Shown here in pieces: positions 62,112-64,000 of a stretch of DNA of 64,000 nucleotides. Below the pieces are notes generated by a model, which did not search any database, was not told the origin of the DNA, and saw only the letters and a list, made by a program, of their open reading frames with translations. Position 1 is the first letter of the stretch. Every line of letters begins with the position of its first letter. Source of the DNA: Negaprion brevirostris (taxonomy: Eukaryota); contig JARDVH010000001.1 in NCBI GenBank assembly GCA_030324005.1, positions 90,525,687 through 90,589,686 on the forward strand, read 5' to 3'. A program made the translations under genes and the position numbers.

Positions 62112-62585
62112 GGCTGCGACTGGGACTTGGATTGAGTTATAAGGAGAGGCTGAATAGACTGGGACTTTTTTCTCTGGAGCGTAAGAGGCTGAGGGGTGAT
62201 CTTCTAGAGGTCTATAAAATAATGAGGGGAATAGACAAGGTCTATTCTTTAAAAGTCAATATCTTTTCCCAAGGGTAGGGGAGCCTAATACTAGAGGGCA
62301 TAGGTTTAAAGTGAGAGGGGAGAGATAACAAAGTGTCCAAAGGGGCAATTTTTTCACACAGAGGGTGGTGAGTGTCTGGAACAAGCTACCAGAGATAGTA
62401 GTAGAGGCAGGTGCAATTTTATCTTTTAAAAAGCATTTAGGTAGTTACATGGGTGCGATGGGGAGAGGGATATGGGCCAAATGCAGACAACTGGGATTAG
62501 CTTAGGGGTTTTAAAAATAAAAGGGTGGCATGGACAAGTTGGGCCGAATGGCCTATTTCCATGCTGTAAACCTCTATGACTCAAT
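62112..62585 (+). mobile_element. CR1 3' end
   Basis: LSYKERLNRLGLFSLERKRLRGDLLEVYKIMRG with tail ccatgctgtaaacctctatgactc. Confidence 0.9.
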
Positions 62586-62984
62586 GATAGGCTCCCTACT
62601 GACTTTCAAGCAGGGTGGAGGTTGGTGGGGGGGAGCAGAATCCTGTAAAATCCAGTTCATTTTGAGTTTTTAGACTTTTGCAATGGGACAGTGTAGGTTG
62701 TTGGGTGCATTTAATTATCCTGGGTATTAAGAAGAAAGTGCAAAGTGTACAATACTAATTCTTGATCGGAAAAGAGGAAAAGTTGCATGGGGCCGTCCTA
62801 AGCTGCTTAGCACATCCCCTCGCCAACATACCCCCCTTCTCTCCACTAGTGTGACTGAGTGTCAGTGGGGAGAGGTTGGAAAAAATTGCTCTTGTGGTTG
62901 ATTGGCTATTTAAAAGTCTGTTGGACAATGTTGAGAAAGAGATCACTGTCTGGACAATGCCTGACCAATATTTAGATATGAGTC

Positions 62985-63302
62985 TCCCCCTGAGCACTGT
63001 TCTCACCTGAGCTCCCCGGGAGGTTTGCTTACCAGGTGCACATCTTTAGAGACCAGGTGGGCTTCACACCGTTCTGACATCACGCTGCCATGGATGGATG
63101 TTTTGACAGGGGCGGCAAAATGATTACGGTGTAGGGGTCTGATAATGACATGTTAATGTATTCAGTTGGGGTTCCTGATGTTGAATGCTTACAATCGCAT
63201 CAAGTGTTTACACTAATGTAAAATGAGGCTTTGTACTTGTGACATTCTGCACTCCCATTGCTAAACCCGCCCGATGCAAACAGGAGTGGAAAATCCTAGC
63301 CA
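62985..63302 (-). mobile_element. Harbinger-family terminal segment, inverted relative to 26898
   Basis: aaacccgcccgatgcaaacaggagtggaaaatcctagcc is the near reverse complement of 26899-26940. Confidence 0.7.
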
Positions 63303-63524
63303 TTGGGTGTACATGCAGGAGAAACAAATATTAGTTCATGCCTTCACTAATCACTGTTACCATATTAATTTACTTGAAAGTCTCCTGTGTGGAGTACAAT
63401 ATTCAGTTATTTCAAAAGGAAGTACAGGAAAATATGACAGACAGACAAATTCCCTTCCTCTTAAAAAACGCTAACACTACAGGGACAGGTCATTCTCTCA
63501 ACTGGTCTATAGTGATGGTTATTC

Positions 63525-64000
63525 TCCATGAACTTCCTATTGTGGAGTTTTCTTTTTAAACCTACCAATATACTACTCTACCCCTTTCTCCCGCATGCAC
63601 TTTTCTAGCCTCCCCACAAGTACATCTATGTCAATCACTTGCACTATCTCCTCTTGGAGCAGGTCACCCATTCCAAGCACTCTGAGTAAATAAGTTTGTT
63701 TTTAATTGCTTATTATTGTATTTATTAGTGGCTATCTTATAGTTATAACCGCTAGATGTGGTCTTGCCCACAAGTGACAAATATCTCCTCTACATTTACT
63801 CAATCAAATACTTTCATAATCTTAAAGACCTCTAATATGTCACCCTTCTGTCTTCTCTCTTCTAGAGAAAGAACTATAACTTTGTAATCATTCTAATTAA
63901 CCTTTTTTGCACCTCTTCTGGAGTCTCAAGTTTTTTTTATACAGCATGGAGGTTAGAACTGTTTGCAGTACTCCAAGTATGATCTGATCAAATTTTGTAT
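63525..64000 (-). mobile_element. Old CR1 3' region
   Basis: ctttcataatcttaaagacctctaatatgtcacccttc.gtcttctct and aactgtttgcagtactccaag (LEYCxQF on the minus strand). Confidence 0.75.

Overview
This is eukaryotic genomic DNA from a gapped scaffold. It is almost certainly a cartilaginous fish (shark-like), judging by its HE1/V-SINE, Deu-domain SINE, CR1 and Penelope repeats. The only host gene I can support is the 3' end of PPARGC1A (PGC-1alpha) on the + strand. It consists of the penultimate coding exon (1613-1764, C-terminal half of the RRM), a ~19.9 kb repeat-filled last intron, the terminal coding exon (21640-21743) and a ~2 kb 3'UTR ending at AATAAA 23717-23722. The rest is intronic or intergenic sequence filled with decayed and often nested transposons: CR1, L2 and Rex1/Babar LINEs, three tRNA-SINE superfamilies, Penelope-like fragments with hammerhead-ribozyme motifs, a PIF/Harbinger transposase relic with related MITEs, and a Gypsy gag relic. 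A few repeat-free blocks may be conserved non-coding elements. Nearly all ORFs in the track are LINE relics, N-gap artefacts or chance ORFs. I found no convincing new protein-coding system. The most notable signals are palindromic Penelope-derived elements with hammerhead cores on both strands, a V-SINE whose tail resembles Rex1/Babar, conserved-looking motifs in the PPARGC1A 3'UTR, and a decayed ~40 bp tandem array. Repeat boundaries are approximate, and family names and cross-species comparisons come from recall rather than database searches.
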